Shown here: in pieces, positions 47,682-57,973 of the stretch
Layout: each line of letters starts with the position of its first letter
Numbering within the stretch: position 1 is the stretch's first letter
Origin: Marinicella sp.
Lineage (GTDB): Bacteria > Pseudomonadota > Gammaproteobacteria > Xanthomonadales > Marinicellaceae
Direction: 5' to 3'
Assembly: GCA_965230295.1 (NCBI GenBank)
Contig: OZ246001.1
Location: forward strand, 1,184,001-1,248,000
DNA length: 64,000 nucleotides
Notes under the pieces: model-generated
Seen by the model: the letters and a program-made list of their open reading frames with translations, nothing else
What the model was told of the DNA's origin: nothing
The model's database searches: none
Made by a program: the position numbers and the translations under genes

Positions 47682-49112
47682 ATGAAAATCTGCCAAATAA
47701 CCTTATTGATGGCCTGTTCTTTGATTCCTTTCAACACCTCAGCGGCTTCAATTGCCAATGAAGGGGCCATTGTCTTTGCCTCTGAAGACGGTACCAGTAA
47801 AGGACAAACCGTTGAGGCATTCGAAGGTCATTTTTCGGTCACTGAAAACCGCCAGGCTGCCAACAGCCGTCAATTGAAACTGAAGTATGTGAGGTTCCCC
47901 AGCACCAGTAACCACCCTGGGCCACCGATTGTTTATCTTGCTGGCGGCCCTGGTGGCTCTGGTATAGCCACCGCCAAGCACCGCCGGTTTGAATTGTTTA
48001 TGGCCATGCGCGCTGTGGCAGATGTGATTGCTCTGGACCAACGGGGTACCGGGCAATCGAATGATTTGCCACGCTGTGAATCCAAGCAGGTCATTCCACA
48101 AGATCGTGCCATCGATGATGCTGAATTCATTGAATTGAATCGCCAGGCTTTGGGCGAATGTATGGATTTTTGGGGTGACCAAGGAGTGGATCTGGCTGCC
48201 TACAACACCCAAGAGAGCGTCAAAGACCTGGATGCTTTGAGACGACACCTTGGGGTTAAAAAAATCAGCCTGTGGGGCATTTCTTATGGCAGCCACCTGG
48301 CCTTGGCCACCCTTAAAAAACAACCTGAAATACTGCACAAAGTGATCATCGCCAGTGCTGAAGGGTTGGCCCAAACCATAAAATACCCAGCCAGGACCGA
48401 TGCTTATTTTGACCGCCTACAAAATTACATCAACAACAAGACCCAACAAGACACCGACATCAAAACCATCATGCGAACCGTCCACCAGCAACTGGATGAA
48501 AAGCCGGTGTTGTTTCAGTGGAAAAACAAACAACAACAGACTGTCAGTTATTATTTGCAAGCCAGAGACATGCAACAGATGACTTCCGCCATGATATCTG
48601 ATCCATCTCGAGCGCAACAGGTGTTGCCGTTGTATTTCGCTTTACAAGCAGGCTTCCATGCGCCAGTACAAAACATTTTGGAAAAATACATGAATCCAGA
48701 AAAGCCGATCAGTTTCAGCCCCATGAGTACGGCCATGGATTTGGCCTCCGGGATCAGCCTCAAACGATTCATTGAAATTGAAAACCAAGCCAAAACTTCA
48801 CTGTTGGGTGGCTATCTGAATTTCAGTTACTACTTCACTGACCTGGCGAAAAAACACCAACTGGATTTGGGTGAAGCTTTTCGCAGCAAGCCGATCAGCG
48901 ATGTCCCCACCTTGTTACTCTCTGGGACTTTAGATGGCAGAACGTATATTGAAAGCCAGCTGGAAGCGACCTCTGGCTTGAGTCAGCGCACAGCCATTAA
49001 AGTGGTCAATGCCGGACATAATTTATTCAAATCTTCACCATTGGTGATCAAAAACATGCTGTTGTTTATGCAAGACCAGCCCATCACTGACCCTGTCATC
49101 ACAGTGGAATAA
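47682..49112 (+). CDS. Secreted alpha/beta hydrolase (TAP-like peptidase)
   Basis: LAGGPG, DQRGTG, GISYG nucleophile, NAGH. Confidence 0.88.
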   Translation: MKICQITLLMACSLIPFNTSAASIANEGAIVFASEDGTSKGQTVEAFEGHFSVTENRQAANSRQLKLKYVRFPSTSNHPGPPIVYLAGGPGGSGIATAKHRRFELFMAMRAVADVIALDQRGTGQSNDLPRCESKQVIPQDRAIDDAEFIELNRQALGECMDFWGDQGVDLAAYNTQESVKDLDALRRHLGVKKISLWGISYGSHLALATLKKQPEILHKVIIASAEGLAQTIKYPARTDAYFDRLQNYINNKTQQDTDIKTIMRTVHQQLDEKPVLFQWKNKQQQTVSYYLQARDMQQMTSAMISDPSRAQQVLPLYFALQAGFHAPVQNILEKYMNPEKPISFSPMSTAMDLASGISLKRFIEIENQAKTSLLGGYLNFSYYFTDLAKKHQLDLGEAFRSKPISDVPTLLLSGTLDGRTYIESQLEATSGLSQRTAIKVVNAGHNLFKSSPLVIKNMLLFMQDQPITDPVITVE

Positions 49113-49200
49113 CCTCAAACCTGCCATCAGTTGCGCACCAGGCTGTAGTTTCACAGCCTGATGTTTGATATAGTGATTGACTGTTTAACCGACTATCACT

Positions 49201-50034
49201 ATGCGATACACCACACTTTTCACATTGTTTTTGGTTGTTGTTATCATCTACGAAGTAGATGCAAAAACCATTGATTATGATTCAGCACCTGCACAAGTCA
49301 GTTTCAGCGCTGTCACTCAATTGGCCGTTGACCAGCCCGATGAAAAAATTACCTATGGCGAAGACCCTTTACAATTTGGGTGGTTGTGGCAAACAGACCT
49401 GACCAACAGCAAACCGCTGATCATCTTGGTTCACGGAGGTTGTTGGCTGAATGCTTTCGGGGTCGATCATTCATTCCCAATGGCCACGGCCTTGTCCCAA
49501 CAAGGGCACCCCGTATGGTCACTGGAATACCGCAGAACCGGTGATGCGGGCGGTGGTTGGCCAGGCAGTTTCAACGACATCAAACAAGCCTTGTTGTCTA
49601 TAGAACAATTGAATAATCACGGCATCAATACAGAATCCGTGATCTTAATGGGCCATTCAGCAGGTGGTCATTTGGCCTTGTTAGCGGCCAGTGACTTACC
49701 AGAAATCAAGTTTAAGCAAGTGATTGGTCTGGCTGCAATCACTGACATCAGCCGCTATGCATTGGGTGAGAACAGCTGCCAAATGGCCACGCCTCAATTT
49801 ATGCGCGGTATGCCAAACGAACAGAGTACGGCCTACCAACAAGCCAACCTGATTTACCGCCGACTGCCTAAACAGGTTTTGTTGTTGCAAGGTGATGCCG
49901 ATCGGATTGTGCCCACCATCCAGTCTAAACTGCATGATGTCAAAGTTGAAATTCTGAAAGATGCAGGACATTTCGACTGGATTCATCCTGGTTCACCCGC
50001 TTTCAAACAATTACTGTTGGCATTGGATCCATGA
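49201..50034 (+). CDS. Alpha/beta hydrolase (esterase, HGG type)
   Basis: HGGCW, EYRR, GHSAGG, GDAD, AGHF. Confidence 0.88.
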   Translation: MRYTTLFTLFLVVVIIYEVDAKTIDYDSAPAQVSFSAVTQLAVDQPDEKITYGEDPLQFGWLWQTDLTNSKPLIILVHGGCWLNAFGVDHSFPMATALSQQGHPVWSLEYRRTGDAGGGWPGSFNDIKQALLSIEQLNNHGINTESVILMGHSAGGHLALLAASDLPEIKFKQVIGLAAITDISRYALGENSCQMATPQFMRGMPNEQSTAYQQANLIYRRLPKQVLLLQGDADRIVPTIQSKLHDVKVEILKDAGHFDWIHPGSPAFKQLLLALDP

Positions 50035-50366
50035 ATGAAAAGCAACTTCAGGCTTTCAAACAGCAGTTATTGGAACTAAAATCAATAACTGAACAGCGTG
50101 CCAGCAGCAATCAAGATGCGCTGGATACGGTTGAACTGGACCAAAACAGGGTGGGTCGTTTGAGCCGCATGGATGCCTTGCAAGGTCAGCAAATGGCGCA
50201 AGAAGCTGAACGGCGACGCTTGCTCAAACTCAAACAAATTGAAGGTGCCTTGTTGCGCATCAAACAGGGTGATTATGGTGACTGCTTTGTCTGTGATTGT
50301 GAAATTCAATACGCTCGACTGCAGTTCGACCCAACCATCACACGCTGTGTTGATTGCAGTGAATAG
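50031..50366 (+). CDS. TraR/DksA C4-type zinc-finger protein
   Basis: GRLSRMDALQGQ; CFVC...CVDC. Confidence 0.88.
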   Translation: MNEKQLQAFKQQLLELKSITEQRASSNQDALDTVELDQNRVGRLSRMDALQGQQMAQEAERRRLLKLKQIEGALLRIKQGDYGDCFVCDCEIQYARLQFDPTITRCVDCSE

Positions 50367-50386
50367 TTCAGTTAAGGGGGGACTTT

Positions 50387-51679
50387 ATGGAAAATGATTT
50401 GCTGATACAGAATGTGGTTTTTTCTCTGGTGATTCTGATCATCGCCAGCTTACTGGCTGAACCTTTGGCCCGTTTATTCAGACTTCCATTTGTGGCTTTC
50501 TTAATTGTGGTCGGCTATTTGGGTTCAGAACTGGTGGTGATTCTTGGATATGACACCGGTATCAGAGCCAGTAATTTCAACCTACTGGTCTTTTATGTAT
50601 TCCTACCGATCATCATTTTTGAGTCAGCTTACCGAATCAATCAGAAAGCCCTGATCCGATGCCTGCTGCCGATTTTGATGCTGGCCATGCCCATCATGTT
50701 CATCTCCGCCGGGATAGCTGCTTTGTTGATTTACTGGGGCATTGGACACAGCACCGGTTTCCCGATCTACACCGCCCTGGTGGCCGGTGCTTTGCTGGTG
50801 GCCACCGACCCCATGGCCGTGGTCAGTCATTTAAAAAGGATCAAAGCCCCAACCGAAGTCACCACCTTGATCGAAGGTGAAAGCTTGTTCAACGATGCCA
50901 TCGCTGTGGTGTTGTTCATCACTTTATTAAACCTGGCATTGGCCACCGAACAAGTGGGCATGGACGGTCATACTGTGATGCTGAGTGATCAGGTGCTCAA
51001 TTTTTTAAAAATGTTTTTTGGTGGACTTATATTTGGCGCCATCTGTGGTGCGATTGGCGCCTTTCTCAGTTACCTGATTGTGACCAGGATTTTAGAAAAT
51101 GTGTTGTTGGTTTCAGTGGCATATGGGTCTTTTCTGATTGCTGAAGATTTCATCGGCGTTTCTGGGATGATGGCTGTGTTGGCCTCAGGTTTGATCATGA
51201 ACAAAGCCCATGAAAAATTCATCCCGGCAGAAGACCGCACCTTTATCCATTATTGGTGGGAAGTGATCAGTTTTTTTGCCAATTCGATGATTTTTATCTT
51301 ATTGGGTGTCACCATCACCGCCAGCATGTTCCAAGAACGTTGGCTGGCGATGCTGATCGCCATTGGAGCCGTTTTGATCACCCGCGCCATTGCCATATTT
51401 GGCTTGTTGCCCTTATTCACTTTGGGCAGCAAGAATCCGGTCAATGAACCGACCAAGAAAATCCTGTTTTGGGGTGGTACCCGAGGCGCTGTGACTGTGG
51501 CATTGGCCCTGTCGCTACCCATCGAACTGGACGCCTGGTGGACCATCCAATCGATGGCTTTTGGTGTGGTGCTGTTCACCTTGTTTGTGCAAGCTCCGAC
51601 TGTCCCGATGTTGCTGTCAAAGACCCACCCCAAACACACCGCCAGCCACATCAACCTGATGGGTCATAAAAGCGATTGA
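50387..51679 (+). CDS. CPA1-family Na+/H+ antiporter
   Basis: FLPIIIFES, ATDP, GESLFNDA, GGTRGAV. Confidence 0.92.
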   Translation: MENDLLIQNVVFSLVILIIASLLAEPLARLFRLPFVAFLIVVGYLGSELVVILGYDTGIRASNFNLLVFYVFLPIIIFESAYRINQKALIRCLLPILMLAMPIMFISAGIAALLIYWGIGHSTGFPIYTALVAGALLVATDPMAVVSHLKRIKAPTEVTTLIEGESLFNDAIAVVLFITLLNLALATEQVGMDGHTVMLSDQVLNFLKMFFGGLIFGAICGAIGAFLSYLIVTRILENVLLVSVAYGSFLIAEDFIGVSGMMAVLASGLIMNKAHEKFIPAEDRTFIHYWWEVISFFANSMIFILLGVTITASMFQERWLAMLIAIGAVLITRAIAIFGLLPLFTLGSKNPVNEPTKKILFWGGTRGAVTVALALSLPIELDAWWTIQSMAFGVVLFTLFVQAPTVPMLLSKTHPKHTASHINLMGHKSD

Positions 51680-51766
51680 ATCATTCAACTGTATGATCAA
51701 AAAAACAAAAAACTTTTTTGTTTGGATATGCCCAGCTCCTTATCTGGTGTTTTCTCACTGGCTTAC

Positions 51767-52063
51767 TTAGTCATGTGGACAATTACAATGGTTTAAGCAG
51801 CGATTGAAAATATTGCGGCAGGCCTCCCTTTTAAATTGGTCATTTCCTGCAATATCCAAGCAACCTACATAGGAGTTAAAGCAACCTGTCTCACAGGTGG
51901 CGATGCTATTGGTGGTCGTGATGTTACTGCTTGTTATCAGAGTAGTTTGCTGAGGTGCTTTATTGGACAGAAACTCATCAAATGCCGTGTAGCTGTTATT
52001 CTGCTGAGCTGCAGCTGAACCAATAGCGAATAAGATGTAACACATCAATAATATTTTTTTCAT
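51767..52063 (-). CDS. Small secreted Cys-rich protein
   Basis: GAGG RBS; signal peptide; C-x3-C-x6-C...C-x6-C-x3-C-x-C at the C-terminus. Confidence 0.7.
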   Translation of the reverse strand: MKKILLMCYILFAIGSAAAQQNNSYTAFDEFLSNKAPQQTTLITSSNITTTNSIATCETGCFNSYVGCLDIAGNDQFKREACRNIFNRCLNHCNCPHD

Positions 52064-52380
52064 GGATCTTCCTCATTGTAGTTAATAATAAAAATGGTCA
52101 ATATCAATTGACAACGCTCCCAGCAGCATACTTTCGTGGTACTGCCAGTGCTTTTCAGTTTATAAGCGATCAACCGTCAAGAGTTAGATCAAAAAAGGAC
52201 AGGAAAGCGCAAAATGGCGACATATTTATGAACTATTCGGTCAGCAACTGAAAATTTAAGGACAACAGTTTGGTCTAAACCATGGCATAAATCACATTTT
52301 CTTACACCATGGTCAGAAAACAACTGCTGTCAAAATGTCAGGTAAACAATACACTGACAACTTTATCTGACAATATAATC

Positions 52381-52481
52381 ATGACCAAACTGGCGGTGGT
52401 GTTATCCAGGGCTGAATTTGGGGTGCAAGCACCGCAGGTTCGGGTGGAAGTACACATTTCTCGGGGCTTACCCGCATTGAA
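52381..52481 (+). pseudogene. comM: Duplicated 5' fragment of comM (direct repeat of 55485-55585)
   Basis: 101-bp match with two synonymous differences; diverges after ...LPALN and stops at 52503. Confidence 0.9.
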
Positions 52482-52710
52482 TAATATAGGGTACATTAAT
52501 TAAACTTGTTGCAACAGATTGAATCAACCACAACAAGTTGATCTTGTGGTCTATTAAATTTTTCACAGATTAAGTATTCATAGAAGTTTCATTCTCTGAT
52601 AGTAATGGTATTAACTGTAAGGAATAAATCAGGAGTTCGTCAGGTATATAGAATTTTTTTTAACTAATATTTGGTAATACGCGTACAAGGAATTTTTTAG
52701 GAACAAATGG

Positions 52711-55296
52711 ATGAACACCATGAAATTTTTATTACCAATAATAACAATTTTCTTATTTTCAAACAGCAATGCGGCTTCGATGGATGATTTTGTCATTACT
52801 GTAAATACTGGCATTAATGATGATGGCTCTTCACAGTTTTCAATCTACACCAACCCAAGCTACCAATACAATTTTAATGTAGATTGTAACAATGACGGCA
52901 TAAATGAAGCTGAAAATCAAACCACGGACTTTACATGCCAGTATGAAAGTTTTGGGGGGCCTGGGATTTATACCATCAGGATAAAGGACAATGTTGGCGA
53001 TGGTACTGGGTTTCCTCATTTTTGTTTTTGCGCTGAAACAATTTCCGAATACGCTAGTATAAAAAACGCAATAAAAATAATTTCTTTAGACCAGTGGGGT
53101 ACTGGACAATGGAAGAGTATGCAAAGGGCTTTTCGAAATGCTCTAAATATGGTCATATTGGCAACTGATAAACCCAACTTAACTCAAACTACTGATTTAA
53201 CAGAAATGTTTTTACTTGCTAATTTAGCAGATCCAAATGTTAAATTCTGGAATGTATCTTCAATAACTGACATGAGCAGTATGTTCGCATTTGCTAAATC
53301 AGCAAACCCTGATGTGAGTAACTGGGATGTATCATCCGTTATTGATATGTCATGGATGTTTGCATGGTCAAATGCAAATCCTGATGTGAGTAAATGGGAT
53401 GTGTCATCAGTAACAAACATGGATGCTATGTTCTGGAAAGCTCAATCTGCAAACCCTGATGTGAGTAAATGGGATGTGTCTTCTGTAACAGACATGTCTT
53501 TGATGTTCGCACATACTAATGCCGACCCTGATGTCAGTGATTGGGATGTGTCATCAGTAAAATCAATGTATGCAATGTTCGAGGAAGCTGAATATGCAGC
53601 CCCTGATGTAACTAATTGGGACGTTTCTTCCGTAAATTATATGACTGGAATGTTTTATGGCACTGACTCTACCAACCTAGATGTGAGCAAATGGGATGTA
53701 TCTTCTGTAACCAATATGGGTTTTATGTTTGCACATACTAATGCCGATCCTGATGTCAGTGATTGGGATGTGTCTTCAGTAACAGGCATGGGTGAAATGT
53801 TCTCTGGAGCCGAATCTGCTAATCCTGATGTGAGTGATTGGGATGTGTCTTCTGTCAATAGCATGTTCAGGATGTTCTCTGATGCCGAATCAGCTACACC
53901 AAATATTACTAATTGGCAAATCAGCAATACGGTTAATATGAGAGAAATGTTTACAGGAATTGCACTGCCGCCGCGCCTGTATGATCAAGTCTTGATGAGT
54001 TTCAGACATCAGTCATTACAAAGCGATGTTACATTTGGTGCTGGAAATTCTTATTACTGCCAAGCCGCAATTGCCAGAAACATAATCCGCAACACTTACA
54101 ACTGGGATATTACTGACAGTGGATTCAACTGTGGTTCTGATGTTGCAATCGAATTTGGCTCACATGATGTAAACGCTGAACTTAACCAACTAAAACTGTA
54201 CACAAAAAATATTGGTTATCAAGATGAAAGTCATATCGCAGTAGCAACGGAATTCTCTGATAATTTCAGCAATTTATCATGGGTATGTGAGGTATCGGAA
54301 GGTTCTGCAACCTGCCCTGAAAACAATGGGACTGGCGATTTAATTGAGTTTTTAGATTTAAGAGTAGGTGATGAGTTGATGTTTACTTTTCAATTTGAAA
54401 TCAATGGCTCTGGAGGTGGTTTGGATGCTATAGCAAGTATCACACTCAACACGCCTACAGATGACATCTACACTCGAAACAATCAAGACAATATCAACTT
54501 AGTCATATCATCGAATCATTCAGGTTCATGGTACGATCCAGATACACCCGGACATGGTATTTTTTTGGAACGGCTGGATGAAAACACGAATCAAAATGAT
54601 CGTCTGAACATGTATTGGTTTACTCATCATGAGTCAGAACCTGTTTGGATGGGTGGGGTTGGAGCAATCATCGAAAACGAACCTGTTATCATTGACTTAC
54701 ACATAACAGATGGCACTGACTTTCCACCTCATTTCAATGCCAATGAAGTAGACTTAAATGAATGGGGACAAGTTACTTTAGATTTTGAAACCCCACATTC
54801 AATGAGAATGGATTGGTCAGCAGATGCTTCTGAATATGGTACAGGATCCATAAATCTTACTCGTTTGTCAGAAGTTTCTGATTCATCAAAAGGTTGCTTC
54901 AGCGGATCATTTTATGATCCTGATCAATCGGGTCACGGCCTGTTTATTCATATCACTAATAACAATGGCCAAGATCAAATCAATGTGGCTTGGTTTGTTT
55001 ATCATGAAGGACAACAATTCTGGTTAGTCGGCTCTGGCATATTAAACAACGACAACCATTCGTTAGTAACATTAAACCAACTTTCTGGTGCCTCCTTTTT
55101 TGATCCGACGGCTATTGATGGGTGGACATTGAATCAAGATGATTTGATAAGCAGTGAATGGGGGACGCTATCTTTATCCTATATTGACCCAAATAATATG
55201 ACTGTTGAATACTTGCCTAATGACACCAATCAATTTGAAAGTGGGGAAATCAACATGACTCGCCTGACTGAAATCAAGGGACATAAGTGTCAATGA
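52711..55296 (+). CDS. BspA-family (DUF285) repeat surface protein with two C-terminal SGxWYDP modules
   Basis: Signal peptide; about nine PDVSxWDVSSVTxMxxMF repeats; SGSWYDPDTPGHG and SGSFYDPDQSGHG; visibly AT-rich. Confidence 0.88.
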   Translation: MNTMKFLLPIITIFLFSNSNAASMDDFVITVNTGINDDGSSQFSIYTNPSYQYNFNVDCNNDGINEAENQTTDFTCQYESFGGPGIYTIRIKDNVGDGTGFPHFCFCAETISEYASIKNAIKIISLDQWGTGQWKSMQRAFRNALNMVILATDKPNLTQTTDLTEMFLLANLADPNVKFWNVSSITDMSSMFAFAKSANPDVSNWDVSSVIDMSWMFAWSNANPDVSKWDVSSVTNMDAMFWKAQSANPDVSKWDVSSVTDMSLMFAHTNADPDVSDWDVSSVKSMYAMFEEAEYAAPDVTNWDVSSVNYMTGMFYGTDSTNLDVSKWDVSSVTNMGFMFAHTNADPDVSDWDVSSVTGMGEMFSGAESANPDVSDWDVSSVNSMFRMFSDAESATPNITNWQISNTVNMREMFTGIALPPRLYDQVLMSFRHQSLQSDVTFGAGNSYYCQAAIARNIIRNTYNWDITDSGFNCGSDVAIEFGSHDVNAELNQLKLYTKNIGYQDESHIAVATEFSDNFSNLSWVCEVSEGSATCPENNGTGDLIEFLDLRVGDELMFTFQFEINGSGGGLDAIASITLNTPTDDIYTRNNQDNINLVISSNHSGSWYDPDTPGHGIFLERLDENTNQNDRLNMYWFTHHESEPVWMGGVGAIIENEPVIIDLHITDGTDFPPHFNANEVDLNEWGQVTLDFETPHSMRMDWSADASEYGTGSINLTRLSEVSDSSKGCFSGSFYDPDQSGHGLFIHITNNNGQDQINVAWFVYHEGQQFWLVGSGILNNDNHSLVTLNQLSGASFFDPTAIDGWTLNQDDLISSEWGTLSLSYIDPNNMTVEYLPNDTNQFESGEINMTRLTEIKGHKCQ
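53230..53940 (+). repeat. Intragenic 72/75-bp tandem repeats
   Basis: Recurring CCTGATGTGAGT..TGGGATGTGTC unit encoding the DUF285 repeats. Confidence 0.85.
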
Positions 55297-55484
55297 CTTT
55301 TTTTGATCGTGATTTATTGACTGGATATTACGTCACAGAAAAATCAAAGCATAACTAACAAAATGACAATTGATACTCAATAAACCAATAACAGTCAATT
55401 TTCTCTGACACACAGGTAAGAAATTCATCATAGCATTTTGATAACACCACACCTACACTGTCATTTTGTTCAACGGAATGAATT

Positions 55485-56993
55485 ATGACCAAACTGGCAG
55501 TGGTGTTATCCAGGGCTGAATTTGGGGTGCAAGCACCTCAGGTTCGGGTGGAAGTACACATTTCTCGGGGCTTACCCGCATTGAACATTGTTGGCATGCC
55601 GGAAACTGCTGTCAAGGAATCCAAAGACCGGGTGCGGGCAGCCATCATGAATTCAGGTTATGAATTTCCCATGCACCGCATCACCATCAACCTGTCCCCA
55701 GCCGACATCCCCAAGCAAGGTGGCCGTTATGACCTACCCATTGCCGTTGGGGTATTGGCTGCATCTGGGCAGTTACAACGGGATCAATTGTTGGATGTAG
55801 AGTTGGTCGGTGAGCTGGCACTGGGTGGTGACCTCAGGCCCATTCGAGGTATTTTGCCGGTGGTCAGTGCGGTGGCTGAAACCGGCCGCAGCCTGGTATG
55901 TCCGGTTGATAATGGTGTTGAAGCCGCGCTGGTCCAGTCTTGTGATTGCATGCTGGCCAATAATTTGTTGGAAGTGTGCGCCTGGCTGGATGCGGTGGAT
56001 GAATTGCCCAGGGCGGCCATCAAGCAACAAACCAGCCCGTACAACTGCCCTGACCTGATCGATGTCAAAGGTCAGGAACAAGCCAAACGGGCTTTGGTGA
56101 TTGCCGCAGCTGGAAAACACAACCTGCTGTTTTATGGGCCACCTGGCACCGGAAAAACCATGTTGGCCAGTCGCCTGCCGGGCATTTTGCCTGATCTGAC
56201 AGAAGCCGAAGCTTTGGAAACGGCTTCGGTGGCATCGATCAGTGCCCAAGGATTCGACCCTGCTTGTTGGAGCCAACCGCCTTTTAGGGCGCCACACCAC
56301 ACGGCATCGGCACCTGCTTTGGTCGGTGGCGGTTCGAATCCCATGCCTGGCGAAATTTCTTTGGCCCAGAACGGCGTGTTATTTCTGGATGAATTACCTG
56401 AGTTTTCCAGGCATGTGTTGGAAGTGTTGCGAGAACCTTTGGAATCAGGTCGAATCATCATATCAAGGGCAGCCAGAACCGCCGAATTTCCAGCGCGATT
56501 CCAGTTGTTGGCCAGCTTGAACCCTTGCCCCTGTGGGTATTTTGGCGATCCGGACCGTTCTTGCGCCTGTTCTGTGGGCCAAATCCAAAACTACCGCAAC
56601 CGCATCTCGGGGCCACTGCTTGACCGCATCGATTTACAAGTGGAAGTGCCACGCATACCACATCAAGTATTGCGCACGAAAAACCCAGCAGGAAGCAACA
56701 GCCAATCCATCAAACAACAAGTGGTTAACAGCCGTCACATTCAATTGCAAAGGAATCAGGGAAAAAGCAATGCCCAACTTGAAGGCAAGGAAATTGAAAA
56801 GTTCATTCCATTAAATGGAGAACTGCTGGATTTTTTATCGCAAGTTGTCGACCAATTGCGATTATCAGCACGTGCCTATCACCGCATCATTAAAGTGAGT
56901 CGCACCATTGCTGATTTGTCAGGCAGTGAACGGGTACAACAAAAGCATTTGGCTGAGGCCATCAGTTTCAGAGGCTTTGATCGCACCCGCTGA
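55485..56993 (+). CDS. comM: YifB-family Mg-chelatase-like AAA+ ATPase ComM
   Basis: VKESKDRVR, GPPGTGKTM, PFRAPHH, FLDELPEF, SGPLLDRID, LSARAYHRI. Confidence 0.96.
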   Translation: MTKLAVVLSRAEFGVQAPQVRVEVHISRGLPALNIVGMPETAVKESKDRVRAAIMNSGYEFPMHRITINLSPADIPKQGGRYDLPIAVGVLAASGQLQRDQLLDVELVGELALGGDLRPIRGILPVVSAVAETGRSLVCPVDNGVEAALVQSCDCMLANNLLEVCAWLDAVDELPRAAIKQQTSPYNCPDLIDVKGQEQAKRALVIAAAGKHNLLFYGPPGTGKTMLASRLPGILPDLTEAEALETASVASISAQGFDPACWSQPPFRAPHHTASAPALVGGGSNPMPGEISLAQNGVLFLDELPEFSRHVLEVLREPLESGRIIISRAARTAEFPARFQLLASLNPCPCGYFGDPDRSCACSVGQIQNYRNRISGPLLDRIDLQVEVPRIPHQVLRTKNPAGSNSQSIKQQVVNSRHIQLQRNQGKSNAQLEGKEIEKFIPLNGELLDFLSQVVDQLRLSARAYHRIIKVSRTIADLSGSERVQQKHLAEAISFRGFDRTR

Positions 56994-56998
56994 TACCA

Positions 56999-57682
56999 TC
57001 AGAAGTGGATGTTTATACCCACACTGAATTGGGCCAAATCCTGATCAATGCGAGCACGGTAATCATCAACCATAAATTCCGCATTATCGATCAGCAACAC
57101 ACTTTTCTTACCAAAGTCTGTGTAATTGTATTCAGCAAACCATGAGTAAGTTTGGCTGATTCGGTACTCATAACCAAGACCCAATGTGTAACCATCGCGG
57201 CTGGTACTCTTTTGGAAAGCCAAAACCGGAGGCGATGGATCGTCATCATTATAGAGGCTGGATGCCTGTGTGTAACCCAGGTTTCCGTAGACCATGCTTT
57301 TATCAGACAATTTGAAACCGACTTTACCAATCAGTGAAATCACATCATCAGTTTGGTAAGAAACAAAGTTATCAAGTCCGGTGCCACCAATATACAGGTG
57401 TCTGGCATTGATGGTGTGATCGGTGGCAACCAATTTCGCACCCAAGACCCACTCTTGATCTTCATAAAAGTTACAACCCAACTGTGCGCCTATGGAAGTG
57501 TCATCACCACTGGCCGATCCGGCGCTGGCGTTTATGGGGTCATCTTGGAAAAACAGTGTTTCCCATTGATGGTCACCATCCACAAAACTGGCTTGCAGGC
57601 CAAAAAAACAGCCTTTAAAATTGTCTTGGGCGTTTACATTCAAAGCCGTCATTCCTAGGGCCAATAAGATTATTTTTTTCAT
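56999..57682 (-). CDS. Outer-membrane beta-barrel protein (Omp25/OMP_b-brl-like)
   Basis: Signal peptide; GLGYEY, AEYNYTDFG; C-terminal Phe (GINIHF). Confidence 0.85.
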   Translation of the reverse strand: MKKIILLALGMTALNVNAQDNFKGCFFGLQASFVDGDHQWETLFFQDDPINASAGSASGDDTSIGAQLGCNFYEDQEWVLGAKLVATDHTINARHLYIGGTGLDNFVSYQTDDVISLIGKVGFKLSDKSMVYGNLGYTQASSLYNDDDPSPPVLAFQKSTSRDGYTLGLGYEYRISQTYSWFAEYNYTDFGKKSVLLIDNAEFMVDDYRARIDQDLAQFSVGINIHF

Positions 57683-57973
57683 CTTTTATTAAATCCAATT
57701 TACTTAAGAAATGTTGATTATACTGAAATCAATAAATCAAAGAAAAGCACAAAACGTTGCAATAATGTATCAATTTGTAACAGAAATGGCCTTAAAAACT
57801 GTAATTCCTATGGATATAACGAATATATAACACTTAAGAAGGGTTGTTCTTGGGGCCGCAAGAATTTCACCCTCGCACGCACTGCGGCATTCACATAAGG
57901 CCACTTGACTTGGTCAAACCACCATATGCTCATTGGCTATTCTCTTCGCCTCTGATTCGAAGTGCTTGGTATT

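Noticed and set aside
52309-52503. 64-aa ORF as an independent gene
   Set aside because: It is the duplicated comM 5' fragment plus flanking read-through.
53230-53940. Regularly spaced DNA repeats resembling an array
   Set aside because: They are in-frame coding repeats of the DUF285 protein, not repeat-spacer units.
18786-55485. ubiK and comM, often adjacent in Gammaproteobacteria, separated by ~36 kb as one giant island
   Set aside because: The interval contains ordinary housekeeping-type genes and no integrase or boundary repeat near ubiK; it needs comparative genomics.
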